Source: the human T2T-CHM13v2.0 reference genome, Homo sapiens
NCBI RefSeq assembly: GCF_009914755.1
Contig: NC_060926.1
DNA: 64,000 nt
Strand: one strand, 5' to 3'
Every line of letters starts with the position of its first letter. Positions within the stretch are counted from its first letter, which is position 1. The notes under the pieces are model-generated. The model made no database searches, was not told where the DNA came from, and saw only the letters and a list, made by a program, of their open reading frames with translations. The position numbers were made by a program, and so were the translations under genes. Below are positions 17,263-31,518 of this stretch, in pieces.

Positions 17263-17307
17263 TGCATTTATGAAGAGTTCAGTGTGCATTATGAAGAGTT
17301 CAGTGTG
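17263..17307. repeat. About 21-bp tandem duplication
   Basis: tgcatt(t)atgaagagttcagtg occurs twice. Confidence 0.9.
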
Positions 17308-18499
17308 GTGCAACGCAATAGCACCACAATTAAGCTTAATCTATTTATTTCACAACTAGCCAAGTGAAAGTGTTCAGAAAATAGATGTTCTTACAGTGTT
17401 TTCTGGCTTAATTTCTGCACCTAATTTCTGGCTATTTTCTCAAGAGGGAGAGATGATAAAAGTACATGCACATTATACCATACATGTTGAAATAAAAGTT
17501 TAAAATCATCTCTAGGGCAAAAATTTTTCTATTCATTCTGTATTAAAGCCTAGTAAAATTAACTCTGTGCTCACCCTTCTCCCTGCCATTCATTTGTGCC
17601 TTCTTCTTTGAAGAAACCTATACATCAGAACAGGAAGTTCTTTCTTCCTCAAAGAAGAAGGCACATATTAAGTATTTGAGAAGTTACATTCTTGTGGAAA
17701 GAGTAGAATCTTAGCCTCTTTAAGCAAAGCACCAGAGAGTAGGTAAAAGCACAACTCTGAGATGATATTTCTTAGGGAACAGATGTAAATGAGGTCTCCC
17801 CACATTACTTTATTGGTTCTCATAATACCAGCACACTGTAGCTATTTGGAAAAAAACATGTATTAACAAATTTGATTAAAGAGATATTCACTGAACACGT
17901 ACCTCAGTATGTCAAGGTATTATAAGTACCATAGAGAAATATCAGGATAAACAAAAGACTAACTTTACTATCAAAGAAGTCACAGGCTAGTGGAGAACTT
18001 AGGTATTTTTAGAAATCTGTCTCTCCATCAAAAAATGTAATAAAAATAAACAAAATATGACCAGAGAAGTAAAGTCAGTGAATTATCTGGCTCAAGATGA
18101 TTTATCTGGTAAGTGGTGGAGGTAAGCTTTGACTCCAGGCTTTCTGATTTCAAAGGCACCTCTTCATAACTTACAAAATAGCCATTTATGCATTAGAAAG
18201 AATCCCATTAAATGGTAGTGATAAGATAGGAGTTGGGGTGTGGGGGAGGGAAACAATGGAATTAGAAGGCATTTATCCAATGACATTATTTACCAGAAAT
18301 AATGTTAGAGAACAATTCTTATTCATAAGCAAGAGAATGGTACTAGGTTATATACATAGAGTAATTTTTTTGTTTCTAAGGTACCTGTTTTTCATTGTTT
18401 TAATATTTCTGAATTCAACCTTTATCTTACAAGTTTACATTTAATGTAAAGCTGTTATTAAATTGATATTACTTTTTATAATCAGTGACATCATAAACG

Positions 18500-18690
18500 A
18501 AGAAATCTTGGTTCTGCTACTCACTCACCATATAATCTGGGCTCTCTGGGTCTCACCTCAGATTCCTCATTTACAAAATTGGAGTGATGATACCTCATAG
18601 AGTTTATGAAGATCAAATGAGATAAAGTGTGCAAATCACTTAGCAGTGCCTGGCATATGAAAGGTCCACAGCTAAACGCAGTTATTGTCA
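18500..18690 (+). mobile_element. MIR
   Basis: cctcagattcctcatttacaaaattggagtgatgatacctcatag...aaatgagata...cttagcagtgcctggcata MIR core. Confidence 0.75.
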
Positions 18691-19360
18691 TTTTTACGGC
18701 TGTTGGTGTTTACCAGTTCATAGGCTGAGCATTGTTTATCATTTACTTTCTGTAAGAATTTTATCATTGCACAAAAAACATGACTACCATCAAGATACAA
18801 GCCTGGTTTTTGAAGAAAAGGAATTACTGTAGGGGTTGGAAAGGTGAGGCAAATGAGATGGGGAGGGTTGCCACATACTGAAAATCTTCTTTGGGAATGT
18901 AACCTCTAAGAGAGGAACTATTTCTCTGAAAGCATGCAGATGCATCATAAGAACATGTCAATTTTCTATTCTGTGTAGGGTGAGCAAATTGTGGCTTATC
19001 ATCAGTGAATTCAAGAGTGACAACAATGCACTGACAGCTATCCAATGACAATGGCAACCACGAATGGGGAGAGAGACTTCAGAAGAAAAACAATTATAAT
19101 TAGACCACAAGAAGGAATCCAGAAGAATGTAGAAAGTAGAGGGCTATGTGCAATATTGCTGAGGTTACCTAGCAACAGGGTAGCTTTTACCGTTGTTAGA
19201 AAATGGCAAATGGAATAGTAAGAATACAATACAACATTGAGCTCAGGAGGGCTGAAATACATGACTTATCAATGAGGTTAGAATTACATTCATAGAAACA
19301 TCAGTGTATGATGCTGTTTTGTGGCACATGCTTCAGGGAATTGGTTACATAAACAGGTGG

Positions 19361-19390
19361 GGTGTGTGTGTGTGTGTGTGTATGTATATA
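19361..19390. repeat. (GT)n microsatellite
   Basis: gtgtgtgtgtgtgtgtgtgtatgtatata. Confidence 0.9.
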
Positions 19391-20992
19391 ATAATTTCAT
19401 AGTCAAGCCTATAGGAATAAAGAATAATTCAAATATAAAGAATTCAGATAGTATGGAAGAAAATGTTAGGTACCACCCCTAACTGGAATGTGCAAGAAAA
19501 AGAATTATAAATTCAAGGAGACATTCTATATAAACCAGATGTGAGTTGGCAAAGTATATGACTTTTCCAAGTAATATTTACATTTTAAGAGGGGGCTCCT
19601 GGAAGTGCCTTCTTCCAAGCTATAAGGTACAGGGGTAGGGATTTCAGCACCTGCAAGGCAGATATTTTTGAAGTAGAGAATCTTTGTAGCAGCTGAGAGG
19701 GGTTTACAGCACACAATCTGTTCTTCTGTTCAAGGTCAGTGTGCCCAGATGAAAAACTGTCCTCCTTTAGAAGAGGCTAACACGGTCTGAAGCAGCTACA
19801 GAACAGCGTACGTTATCTGTCAATCCAAACCAGCATGATGAAAATTATTCAAATCAATTAATTAAAAAATCTCACATAAATAATGCATTTGCCATCCAAC
19901 TTTGTTCTGTTTTCCTGGCTGGGTTCATAATCAAGAGAGTTAATATTTTTAAAAATGCAAATAGTCTTGTTTTTAATCTTTAAAGATCTTGCTAAATAGA
20001 CAACAGATAAAGTTCTACCTGGTGAAGTTCATGAAAGCTTTTAGAAGGAAAGCATTTGCCAGATCAATTTAGTGTGAGTCAAAAAGAGATAAAAAAGGAA
20101 ATGACTCCCACCTCTTCAGAGTACTCCAGGATCTTTGAAAGTGCCATACAAATATTCAACGGTTGCATACTGGCAAAGTAGAAATAAGCAATGGACAAAT
20201 CCTTCAGGAAGTGAGGGAGGTACTCTAAACTTTAGCCTGCAGCTGAGCCCCAGGGTCTCCTGATTCCTAGAACCATCACCTTCATTATTCTTTAGTTCTT
20301 TCTTCACTGTGGTAAAACAGATACAACTGAATTTTTTAATTCATGTCTAGAAGGGCACCAGCCACACACCCTCTTCAGTCAGCAGGCATAAACATCTAGC
20401 CTGTTTACCCCAAGCCGATCTCCCAGCACACTGAGTCTGTACATCTGGAAAATATTGTTTGCTGCTTAAAGGATCACTCCAACTGTGTGGCTGCTGGCAG
20501 GAATTCCTGCTACTCAGACTTTTGGTATTTATTGGGAGAGCCCCCGTATGCTGGTGCAAGGATGCCCAGAGGGAGTCCTAAAAATCCTTTTGAGTCTCAC
20601 AGCTGGGCTCCTTTTTCAGGCTGCACAGCTGGCATTATATTTGGGCAGCATGCCTTGGCTTCTGACTGTGGGGTTGCAGAGGCCAATCCCCCTCTGCGGT
20701 CTCAAGAACTGCAAGTTCCTCCAGTATCCAGCTTCTGCCTTCATGAGAAGTCTTGAGTTGCTTGAGTCTTAAAAGCTTTCAAATTGCTATCAGTTTATTA
20801 AAATATTCAGTTCTCAGTACGGTAAGTTTCACTAAAAATACTATAGATTAAATGGGTTTTGGCTAACTCTGAAAAAATAGCATTGCTAAATTTAAGATAA
20901 TTTTATTATGTAGCAGCTATGGAAAGAAAATTAAATATGGAGTTTCTTGAGCAGTTAACTGAAATTTTAGTGGACCGTAAACTTCTTCCTAA

Positions 20993-21296
<304 letters not shown>

Positions 21297-23499
21297 CGAT
21301 AGTAAGATTTTCATAAAGGACATCAAAGTTATCTTCCAAGCATTCTCCCTTCTTCCCTCATAATGCTTGACTCCATTTCCATGGCAGTCCTTAGCCCTGA
21401 CATATCAAAACCAACCCGGGTAGCCCAGTCCCCTCGACATCTTTATTAGCTCAGGTAATGTAGGCCTAGTAATCGACACATGACATTTCCCTTGTTCATT
21501 GGTTGGAGGAATCCAGCCTCTTCTTTTGGATGTGACTGAGGTGCAGGTGGTCTCAGTTGATGCTGCAGTCACCTTACGAAGACAGCCTGAGGGCAAAGCT
21601 GATGTACGCCAGGAAGAAGATTCAAAGACCCATGTCTCAAAGAAGCTGTACCTGACCAAATCTCACCTTAACTCCCATAAAATGTTTGGACTTTTTAATC
21701 TATTGAACTAAAAATTCCCATTTATTGTTTAATCTAATCAGGATACTTTTTTGCTACTTGCATCCAAAAGAATTTCAACAGAATAAATTAAGGTGCAAAC
21801 TGAATATCCATAAATTTCCCCAGCCTCCTGGGATGACTCTTTCTTTTAGTACTGTAATTCAAGGCCCTTATCCCAGGAGACTGCTGGAAGTACTGTGGTG
21901 CTTGTTCCAAGTCCTCCGAGGATCGCTAAGGAGGGATTTTTTATTTTCTCTTTTCACCTTTTCTCTTGTGGCTAGGGTCACTCTTGTACAGATCTAAGTC
22001 CTCATTCTCTTTTCCTCTTTAATTCCTGTATGACAACTCAGCTGTTTCTGGGGCAACTACAACCCCAACCAGAAAGTTCTAAACAAGTTATTGCAACATT
22101 CTCTACACTGAGGAAGACAGCCTTTTATGGAGAGTCGCTTAACTTTGGAGAGTTAAACCACTCTCCAAAAATCCATGATTTTTTGGCTGGACTTTGAGAA
22201 CCTCTTTTTCCTCCATTGCCACCTTTTTGACTCAGTATTCACTGCCCACCACTCCACCATCCCCAAACACTGTTCCAGTGCCAAGTTTTGGGCCTTATCT
22301 TGCCTAACCAAAAATTTATTAGAATATTTTCCCAAAATAATGAGCAACTTTCCCCAAATAAATTACAGTCATCCTCAATAACGAAGAGGACACTTTGGTT
22401 TTCAATGTTATTATATATGTAGATACTAAACAAGAAAACTGTGATTGTGGCTAAACTTTTTCTAAGGCCTAAGATTTTATTGTGCATTTTAAATAGTAAT
22501 AAATAAAATTTGGGAAAACTAGTAGAGGTTATGCGCTTGATTTTTTGGCTAATATTTATAACACACAGTGCACGAAACACTCAGAAGTTTAAAAAAATAT
22601 TACTTAATGTTTAGATATAAAGTTGGTAAAATACATTTCTTATTTTATTGGGATCCTCTTTTGAATATGACTTAGCAGATACAATTCTTTCTATACTTTC
22701 TAGTACATTATTTTTTCATTAAGAAAGGCTTTGGTTAAATCTCTCTATTCATCAAAAATGCTTTCATCTGATTTATTTTTGTATTTCCTCAGCAAAGGTC
22801 TACATAAGTAAACATCATTGGGGAAGTATTTGAGTCGGAAGATAGTATTATGATTAATATTATGCTTTAATTAAGTTACATTGACATTCATAATAGATCT
22901 CTATCTGGCTAATAAGAACTAATATTTTCCTGGATAAAGAACAATGCAAATTATAGACAGACAGTGATCAACTACTAGTGCTTGGTTTTAGCACTTCAAA
23001 TGAAATGGATCATATTCTATGGGAAATTATAGAACTAATTATGAAGAGTGATGATGCTTTGGAAAAAATAGATTCTCAACAGAAGGTTCTTATAAAAGTT
23101 ACTGATAGGTCTAAATTTTTTAATATCCAGGACTTTTTCATGAGTGGGTTCGATTTCTGCCTCTCTTCCAGAGCCACCGTGATAAAGCACTCCAAAATAA
23201 CTCAATGTGCAATATACAACATAAAGTGATGGGATCAGATACATTTCTGTCCGTGACAAAAATCATTCAAATAGGTCCATTTCTGAGCATCAGCAGGAAT
23301 CTCAAGTCAACCCAGCCCCAATATGCAAAGCATTTCTCTTCCCCTACAACCATTAATTAACTCCAGGCAGTACAAATATGTACAAATATCACAGCAGAGC
23401 TTGGAGCCTCTGGGCTCATCACATTGTGCTCTCACATCACCTTGACCTGCACCACACAGAAACACATTCATTCACCGAATCTTTGCCAACATAGTTTTA

Positions 23500-23898
23500 T
23501 ACATAGTAATCACTACCTTGATTAGTCTGATATAGGTGCACTGATTCTTTTTGTTCCTCAAGCATGCCAAACTTGATCTTGTTTTGGGGTCTTTTTGCTA
23601 GCTGTCCTCTAATTGGAAGTTTCTTCCTGCAAGGCCCTGAGCAAATGTCACATTCTCAGGTCTTGGAGCAAATGTCTCATTCTCAGAGAGCCTTTGCCTG
23701 ATGACTTGCTCTAAGGTTGTTCACTTTCCACACTCACAATCATATTATTCTGTTTTGTCTTTTTGTTGTTGTTGTTTGTTTGTATATGTCTTCTCTCACA
23801 TTCTAGAAGTCACTTCCCCCAGAGCAGAGACCTTGTTTGTCTTGTTCCTTCTATATCCCTAGCATTTAGACGGTGCTCAAAAATATTTGTTGAATGAA
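23500..23898 (+). mobile_element. L2 3' end
   Basis: Ends gagcagagaccttgtttgtcttgttc...ggtgctcaaaaatatttgttgaatgaa. Confidence 0.75.
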
Positions 23899-23953
23899 GC
23901 CAGGTGTGGTGGTGCATGCCCTTTAGTCCCAGCTACTCAGCAGGCTGAGGCAC
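23899..23953 (+). mobile_element. Short Alu fragment, 3' part missing
   Basis: gccaggtgtggtggtgcatgccctttagtcccagctactcagcaggctgaggca then stops. Confidence 0.8.
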
Positions 23954-23959
23954 TAACTT

Positions 23960-24060
23960 TAGCTTTTCAAACTTTAATGTGCATGAGAATTGCTTAGGAA
24001 ATCTTGCTGGAATGATACTTATGCTGCTGGTCTGTGGAACACATTTTGAGCAACAATGGT
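23960..24060. mobile_element. MER5-like hAT remnant
   Basis: ttttcaaactttaatgtgcatgagaattgcttagga...atgctgctggtctgtggaacacattttgag. Confidence 0.6.
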
Positions 24061-24289
24061 ATTAAGTAAGAAGACCTGGTGCTGCCCAAATTGTCTTTAC
24101 AGTTACTGATTCGCTGCCCTCATGTGGTTCCTGAAATAATTGCCCTATGCGTTAGCATTTCTTTATCCTTAAATATCAGAAAGCATTCTCTAATTATCCG
24201 AGTTAAATGCCTTTCAGACTGTAGTCTTCTCATAATACATTCTTTCATATTTTTGCCATATTCACGTATCAGTACATATTACCATCATA

Positions 24290-24685
24290 ATTTTTAACAT
24301 ATCTCTGTACAATCTCTTCTCTAAATTAATTATTTTAATTGGCTTTCTTTTTCTTAAATCGATATATTTTCAAATGAAACTTCATATTAATATTTCAAAT
24401 GGAAAGACCAATACTGCTTATCACAAATACAAGATAAGTGTAAAAATAATTGAAGGCAAGCAAAACAATGTTTGAAAGTCCAGATATATGCTCTTCAAAG
24501 CTCCAAAGGGAGATTAACAAGTGTGAGAGGGTAGTAAACACTCAGCAGTGAACTGGCTTTCATTTTCATAGTATCGTGAGGACTGAAAAGGGGCTGAATA
24601 GAGATTAACTCTTACATAATTTAATGTCATTTAAGGCAGTGAATATGCACCCTCTAAATTATGCACCTTGAGGAACCTGCTGTAG
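24290..24685. mobile_element. hAT-Charlie-like DNA transposon remnant
   Basis: Resembles a recalled Charlie consensus (aaatggaaagacc, caaaacaatg, aaagggagattaacaagtg); highly diverged. Confidence 0.45.
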
Positions 24686-25079
24686 ATAATGTGTTAAGAG
24701 TCTTGTTTTCCTTCTGCACATTCATGTCATCTGTACTTGAGAATTGTATTTATAGATGTAAGTTAATTAGTGTCACAACAGGATTGGTCTAAGGTGAAAG
24801 TGTGTGTAAGCATGGGTTCCCTTACCACCCCTTTCTGCATAAACACTGGACATGAGGCATTGCGCACTTGGAAACTGGACAAACTGGGTTTATTTCTATG
24901 CCAATTTACTGTCAACTTTCTGGGTGTTGCAAGAGTTTCCATTTGTATTCTTAAATAAGCTTGTTCTAATCCATTCAGCCATTCATGGAGTAGGAATTGG
25001 ACCCTAATATATAAAGCTTTGAGCAGGGTAGTGGACAAATTCTGCTTCTCTTCAGATGATTAATCAAATTAATCCTGAA

Positions 25080-25504
25080 AATCCATCTCCCTTTACCAGT
25101 GAGTGGTTCAGGATGCCCAAGCTAAAGTTAGTGCAGGCCAATGAGATGCAAGGGGAGACTGAATAGCTGTGTGGGAAATAAGCTTTCTTATCCTTAGAAC
25201 CAGAGGGAGGTAGCCTTCCTCTCCTCTCAGACATGAAGGAAGTGTGATGGCTAATAGTTACTGTAGGCCACCATAGCCCTCCTTTACCTTGGAGGGTAAC
25301 AAGCCTTAGGGTGAAGCAGAGCCTGTAGGTGGTGGATCAGAGAGAAAGAATCTAGGTCCTTAATGGCATTGCTGATTGCTGAATCGACCACTTCTCAAGC
25401 CTGCTCTAGTCATCCTCCTATGTGAGGTGATTGATTTAATTCTGTTTAATCCAGCATAAGTCTGGTTTCCAGAACTTGTAATCAATAGCATTCTAACAGA
25501 TACA
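25080..25504 (+). mobile_element. Old MaLR LTR (MLT1J/K/L-like)
   Basis: ggccaatgagatg...; 3' end acttgtaatcaatagcattctaacagataca. Confidence 0.6.
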
Positions 25505-25609
25505 AGGAGGATATAAAAGATTTTTAATCTAGTTGGGGGAACCATAACACACTTTAAAAAAGTGAAATATCAGTGCATTTCAGTGTAAGTTAAGAATGGT
25601 ATGGTTTTG

Positions 25610-25820
25610 TTCTGATACTTATTAAGCACCTAATGTGAGCCAGGCACTGTACCCCATGTTTTACCTGCATTATCTCATGTATGTTCCAACACAGTTGGTG
25701 GACATTGTTATCCCAATTTTAGAGCTGAGGAAATTAAGGTTCAGACAGCTGTGTACCTGTCTAGTTTCATGGTGAGTGAGCAGAAGTGTGATTCTAAATT
25801 TTATGCTTTTTCCATAGAGT
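25610..25820 (-). mobile_element. MIR
   Basis: gtgagccaggcactgt...cccaattttagagctgaggaaattaagg. Confidence 0.7.
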
Positions 25821-25974
25821 TGCTGGGAGCATGAAGCTCAATAGAAGTCAGTGTAGCAGAGTGATCAGCTGAAAAGTATGAGTAGAGTGGCTTTGTGTTC
25901 AGATAGACCAAGTATTTGCTTCTTACTATAATATAAGACAAATTACCTAATTTCTCTGAACCTCAGTTTTCTTA

Positions 25975-26373
<399 letters not shown>

Positions 26374-26629
26374 TTATATATTTATAATGAGACCATATTA
26401 TTGGAATGATAGATGGTGTGATTATTGCAATACAAGGATTTGAGGAGGGTCTTGTCATGTATCACAGTCACACATTATTTTATGGGAAGGCTCCCTGTGT
26501 TTTAGTAGGACGAATACTCATTTTTAAACCTTTTTTATTTTGAAATATTGTTTATTCACAAGAAGTTTTCACCAATACCCGTTTTTAAAGGCTTATAGTA
26601 TCAAACTTTTACTGTATATCCTGCCATAC

Positions 26630-27286
26630 TTCTTCTTTTTTTTTTTCAAGAGACAGAGTCTTGCTCTGTTGCCCAGGCTGGAGTGCAGTGGTGTGATCAT
26701 AGCTCAATACCTTGACCTCACATAGCCTCTACCGCCTGGGCTCAAGCGATCCTCCCACCTTATCCTCCCAAATAGCTAGGACTATAGATAGGCATGTGCT
26801 ACCATGCCTGGCTAATTTTAAACTTTTTTTGTAGAGATAAAGTCTCACTGTTAACAGTGGAGGGTGTCCAGGTTCTTGGCGTCTTGAGCAAAGAATTGGA
26901 CAAAACGCACAAAGCAAGGAAGGAATGAAGGGATTTATCAAAAATGAAAGTACACTCCATAGTGTGGGAGTAGGCCTGAGAATAGGGGCTCAAAGGCCCT
27001 GTTACAGAGTTTTTGTGAGTTTAAATACCCTCTACTTGGGGTACGCCCTATGTAAATGAAAAGGATGAAGTAAAGTTACAAAGTCATTTATGGCGTATGC
27101 CCTGTGGAGAGGATATTTCCTGTTATAGCTCAAGTGTGAATTGGCCTTCTGTTCCCTGCCTCCAGACCCCATTTTCTTGCCTCATCACTATGTTGCCCAG
27201 GCTGGTCTTGAACTCCTGGCAGGTGATTCTCCTGCCTTGGCCTCCCAAAGTTCTGGGATTACAGGCATGAACACCTGTGTCCAGCC
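26630..27286 (-). mobile_element. AluJ split by a solo LTR
   Basis: Reverse Alu breaks at ...agtctcac (26848) and resumes as (tcac)tatgttgcccagg at 27185. Confidence 0.88.
26849..27184 (-). mobile_element. ERV1 solo LTR (MER51-like)
   Basis: TG...CA ends, 4-bp TSD tcac (26845-26848, 27185-27188); reverse strand begins TGAGGCAAGAAAATGGGGTCTGGAGGCAGGGAAC as in MER51. Confidence 0.85.
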
Positions 27287-27819
27287 TGCTTCATTCTTTT
27301 ACTTAAAAAGTTTACTTTTAATTCATTGACCTTTGGGAAATTTAAAATGGAAAGTTTGAATCCCAGACTTTGGTTTTGAAGCAATAGCTGTTTGAAGATC
27401 AAGAGCTAAATCAAGGCATTCAGAGGCTCAGAACTTCACACATTCATCCTTTCAGTACCCTTCTATTACAGGAGGAGCAAAGGTCATCTTCCCATTTAAC
27501 TGGTGAAAAACTCAAAGGTGGAGACCAGTAGGAAAGGATGAGAACAAACAGAACTCTCTGCAGTCCCAGCCCAAGGCTGATGAGCTACCTCCTTGCTGCT
27601 AAATAGGGAATTTTCCATTCATGCCATTTTAATTTATGAAATATGATCTTCCTCAAACTCTGAAATAGACTTTGTGCTTTTTACCCTGCATGAACTTCTC
27701 ACCCTCTTTCCTGATCCTCCGGAGTTTGCTCTCTTAAAAGTAACCTTTTAAATCCTGGAAAATGATTCTGTTTTCTCAATTGACTATGGCTGCTCACAGA
27801 GTGTCTGTAGCTCTCTTCA

Positions 27820-27830
27820 GTGACTCAGCA
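27820..27830 (+). promoter_or_regulatory. Consensus NF-E2/NRF2-sMAF (ARE) and AP-1 motif
   Basis: gTGACTCAGCA matches RTGACTCAGCA; motif only, no functional evidence. Confidence 0.3.
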
Positions 27831-27955
27831 CTTTACAGAGAAAAATTGTTCTGGAGGGAATGTTAGGGCAGTCCACATAGCCGCTTACAGGAAAGAAAGA
27901 GATCAAATCCTGCCTACAGGGAAAGCTGAAACACCAAACTTAAATGCTAAATGGA

Positions 27956-28003
27956 AACAATAACAACAATAACAACAACAACAACAACAACAAACGACCA
28001 ACA
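27956..28003. repeat. (CAA)n microsatellite
   Basis: aacaataacaacaataacaacaacaacaacaacaacaaac. Confidence 0.9.
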
Positions 28004-30399
28004 GATGATGAAAACCCCGTGAAGCAAGGTAAAGAAGGGAAGAGCAGAAGTTCTCCTAGGTATGAACAGGGCAGGTTCTGAAAAGCTGTGTGTAAATCTC
28101 TCAGTATCCATGAGCAAAGAGGCCCTAATCAGGTGATCACACTGCTGTGGCTGGTAGGTAGAGCCTACTCTCCCTTGTTCTGATGCCTGCTTTATCCTCA
28201 CTTTTCTGAAGTTGGAAGTTTGTGTGTAAAGATGCAGTATAGAATTTGAACTTAGAAAATTGCAAAGGAACCAAGGAAAAATCACTCTTCACTGCCTCTC
28301 TCACTTGTTCATTTGGATCCAATGCACCTGGCCTATTTCCTAAGAAAATAGTCTGTTTTAGGTTGTTTCTATGGTCACAGTGGGTCTTGTCAGAGCTGTA
28401 TGTGTACTTGGGACTTGGACACTGTCATTCTTCTTGAAGCCAAGTAGTAGAGAAAAATCTTCCATTTGTCATGTTTGCCTCAGGGCAGCTCCTCCTGAAT
28501 CACTGTAGATTGTTCTAGAAACACAGACAAAGCAATAAAACCCTCTTTCATATTGCGTTGACTTGAAATCATAACCATAAGTTCCCACCACAAATTTCTT
28601 TCTTCATTAATTCATTTATTTCCTCCCTTCCTCCTTCTTCTTGTACAAAGGCTTTGAAGGAGCATAGTAAAATCTTAAAGAGGAGAAAATGAGTGCTAGG
28701 GGGAAATCTGGGCCTAGCACACCATGCATACACCTGGACATTTGCTAGAGGAGCACCTCACATTTGGTCCAGAGCTTTGCAGCAGCTAATACAGATTTGT
28801 GTGCGAGATCTCTAATTTGTAAATGGATAATACAATTGAAGTGTCCATAAGAAGAAAACAAATCTATTTTTTAGAAGAATCATAACAGTTTTTGACCTGA
28901 GAGGAATTCCCTCCTAAAGTGTAATGATGTGGTGGACAACTGTTCAGTAGCACTGCACATATAATGCAATAATGGGTTTCATAGGGTTGTTACTTATAAG
29001 GTCCAGCAATGCAAGCTGATGGTTTCATGGCCAAATTTAGCTCAGAAAAGGTAATCCTGCAAGGAGCTCGACAGTGTGGTTGTAGGATACTAGCTGTAAG
29101 ATTTGATGGTTAAAAAAATGTTAAGTCCCATAGAAACAGATTTACTGTATGGGTATCTGGGAATTTTACCTGATTTTTTTTCTTTCTTTTCTTTTTCTTT
29201 TTCTTTTTTTTTTTTACAAGAAGCTTTTTAACTCCTTTGAGCATCTGAGTTCAAGGTTATCCTCTCTGGAGAGCTGCTCAAGTATAGATAATCTGTGATG
29301 TTAATGAAGGACACATCCATTTGAGCTGGTGGTAGAACTGACATTTTCTTATGAAAACTAAGGAATCGAATCCAGACAAGGCCAGGATGGGAGGCTACCT
29401 TACCTTTAGATAGAGGGGGCTGTGATTATTACAGAAGAAAATAAAAACAAAACAGACTACTTTTTCTTCAATGCTAGAAATTAGAGAGCATTCACTTTAG
29501 GAATTTTTATGCATTACTGTATCTTAACTTTTGGATTTTAAAGGTGGAATATAGTCATACAAATTGAAAATAGAAACATAAAGAAAAAAATTAAAATCAC
29601 CTTTTTATCCAATCACTGGAGACAATCAGTATTGGCATTTTCTAATTTTTAACTACAGAATTGGGGTTTTACTATGCAGACAGCTTTTATATACTTTGTT
29701 TCATTTAATATTATATTATAAACATTTTTCCATATCATTAAATATATGAAAAATAATTTATAGTCATGATTTTGTTATATTTGTTATATGTTGATTTGTT
29801 TATACTGTTTATATACTATATTTTATATTTCATTGCATGTGTAAGTCATAACTTATTTAGTCACTCCACTATTTTGGGCATTTCGTTTTTTTTTTTTTGT
29901 AGACATTCTGGTTAGGGGACTACCTCATTTGGTTTCTGCAAAGATATTCTCTGCAGTTGGACTGCTTGGGTCCAAATCTCAGTTAAACTATTGTGTGACA
30001 TTGGTAAAGTTATTTAACCTTGCTGATTATCAGTTTCTTCTGTCAAGTGGGTATAATATTGGTGCATCTCTCCTAGAGTTTTTGTGACAAGTGATGTTTG
30101 TTAAAGAGCTACCACATAAAAAAGGCATACCACGTGATAGCTGTTGTCATAATTATATTCCAGGGGTGTAAATTCAAAGTTTGTGCAGTCAACAATCCAA
30201 ATTTAGATCTTGAGTGCCAAACCCCAAGCGTTGCAGCCTGCTTCTAAGACAGTTATCATCTCACAACTCAAGCTTCACGGAAGAAGGGAAGGAGGGGGCT
30301 ATCACAATGAACACTTCACTATAGAAAACAAAGATATTGGGTGAAAGGTAAAGAGGAAAGCAATTAAATATAACTGGGGCTGGTTGCTCACTGGTTGTG

Positions 30400-30530
30400 A
30401 AGTGGTGGCTCACACCTGTAATCCCAGTGTTTTGGGAGGCTGAAGCAGAAGGATTGCTCAAGGCTGGGAGTATGAGACCAACCTGGTTAGCATAAGGAAT
30501 CCCCATTTCTATTTAAACAATAACAACAAC
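30400..30530 (+). mobile_element. FLAM_C-like Alu monomer
   Basis: gtggtggctcacacctgtaatcccag...cccatttctatttaaacaat, no right arm. Confidence 0.75.
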
Positions 30531-30540
30531 GACTGGGCTC

Positions 30541-30958
30541 TGTACTAGTTTGCTAGAGTTGTTGCAACAAAGGACCACAAAATGCATGGCTTTCACAACA
30601 GAAATTGATGGTCTCGTAGTTCTGGAGGATGAGAAGTCCAAAATGCAAAATGTGTCTGCAGGGTTGGTTCCTTCTGGGGGTCCTAAGGGAAGGATCTGTG
30701 CCAGGCCTCTCTCTTTGGTTGTAGATGGCTACCTTCTCCCTTTGTCTCTTTACATCATCATCCTGCTATGTGTGTCTGTGTCCAAATTTCCCTTTTTATA
30801 AGGACACCATTTGTGGTAGATGAAGGTCTTCCCCTAATGACTTCATTTTAACTTGATTATCTCTGTAAAGACTCTATCTCCTACTGAGGTCACACTCATA
30901 GGACTTTGATATATTAATGAATTTGGGGGCAGTGGGGACGATACACTTCAACTCATAA
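30541..30958 (-). mobile_element. MaLR solo LTR (MLT1B/C-like)
   Basis: tgtactagtttgctagagttg...acaacagaaatt...ttctggagg...tccaaatttccctttttataaggacacc. Confidence 0.8.
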
Positions 30959-31162
30959 TGTAATCCAAAGTGAGTTTTAGTTTATTTTATGCTTTGGAGA
31001 AAAATCACTTTACCAAGAAAGACAAGATTCATACTAGTTCTAACTTTTTTATAGCCCACGATAGCATCAAAACGATGTGTGCCCAATATAAGCTCTCTAT
31101 GACAGCCATAGTAGCTGGTGAAGGAGGTAGATGTGGGGAAAAAATCTTAAATTAGATAATAA

Positions 31163-31518
<356 letters not shown>

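Noticed and set aside
22978-23229. Helical-looking 83-aa ORF
   Set aside because: GTG start, no known motif, no exon boundaries; length within chance expectation.
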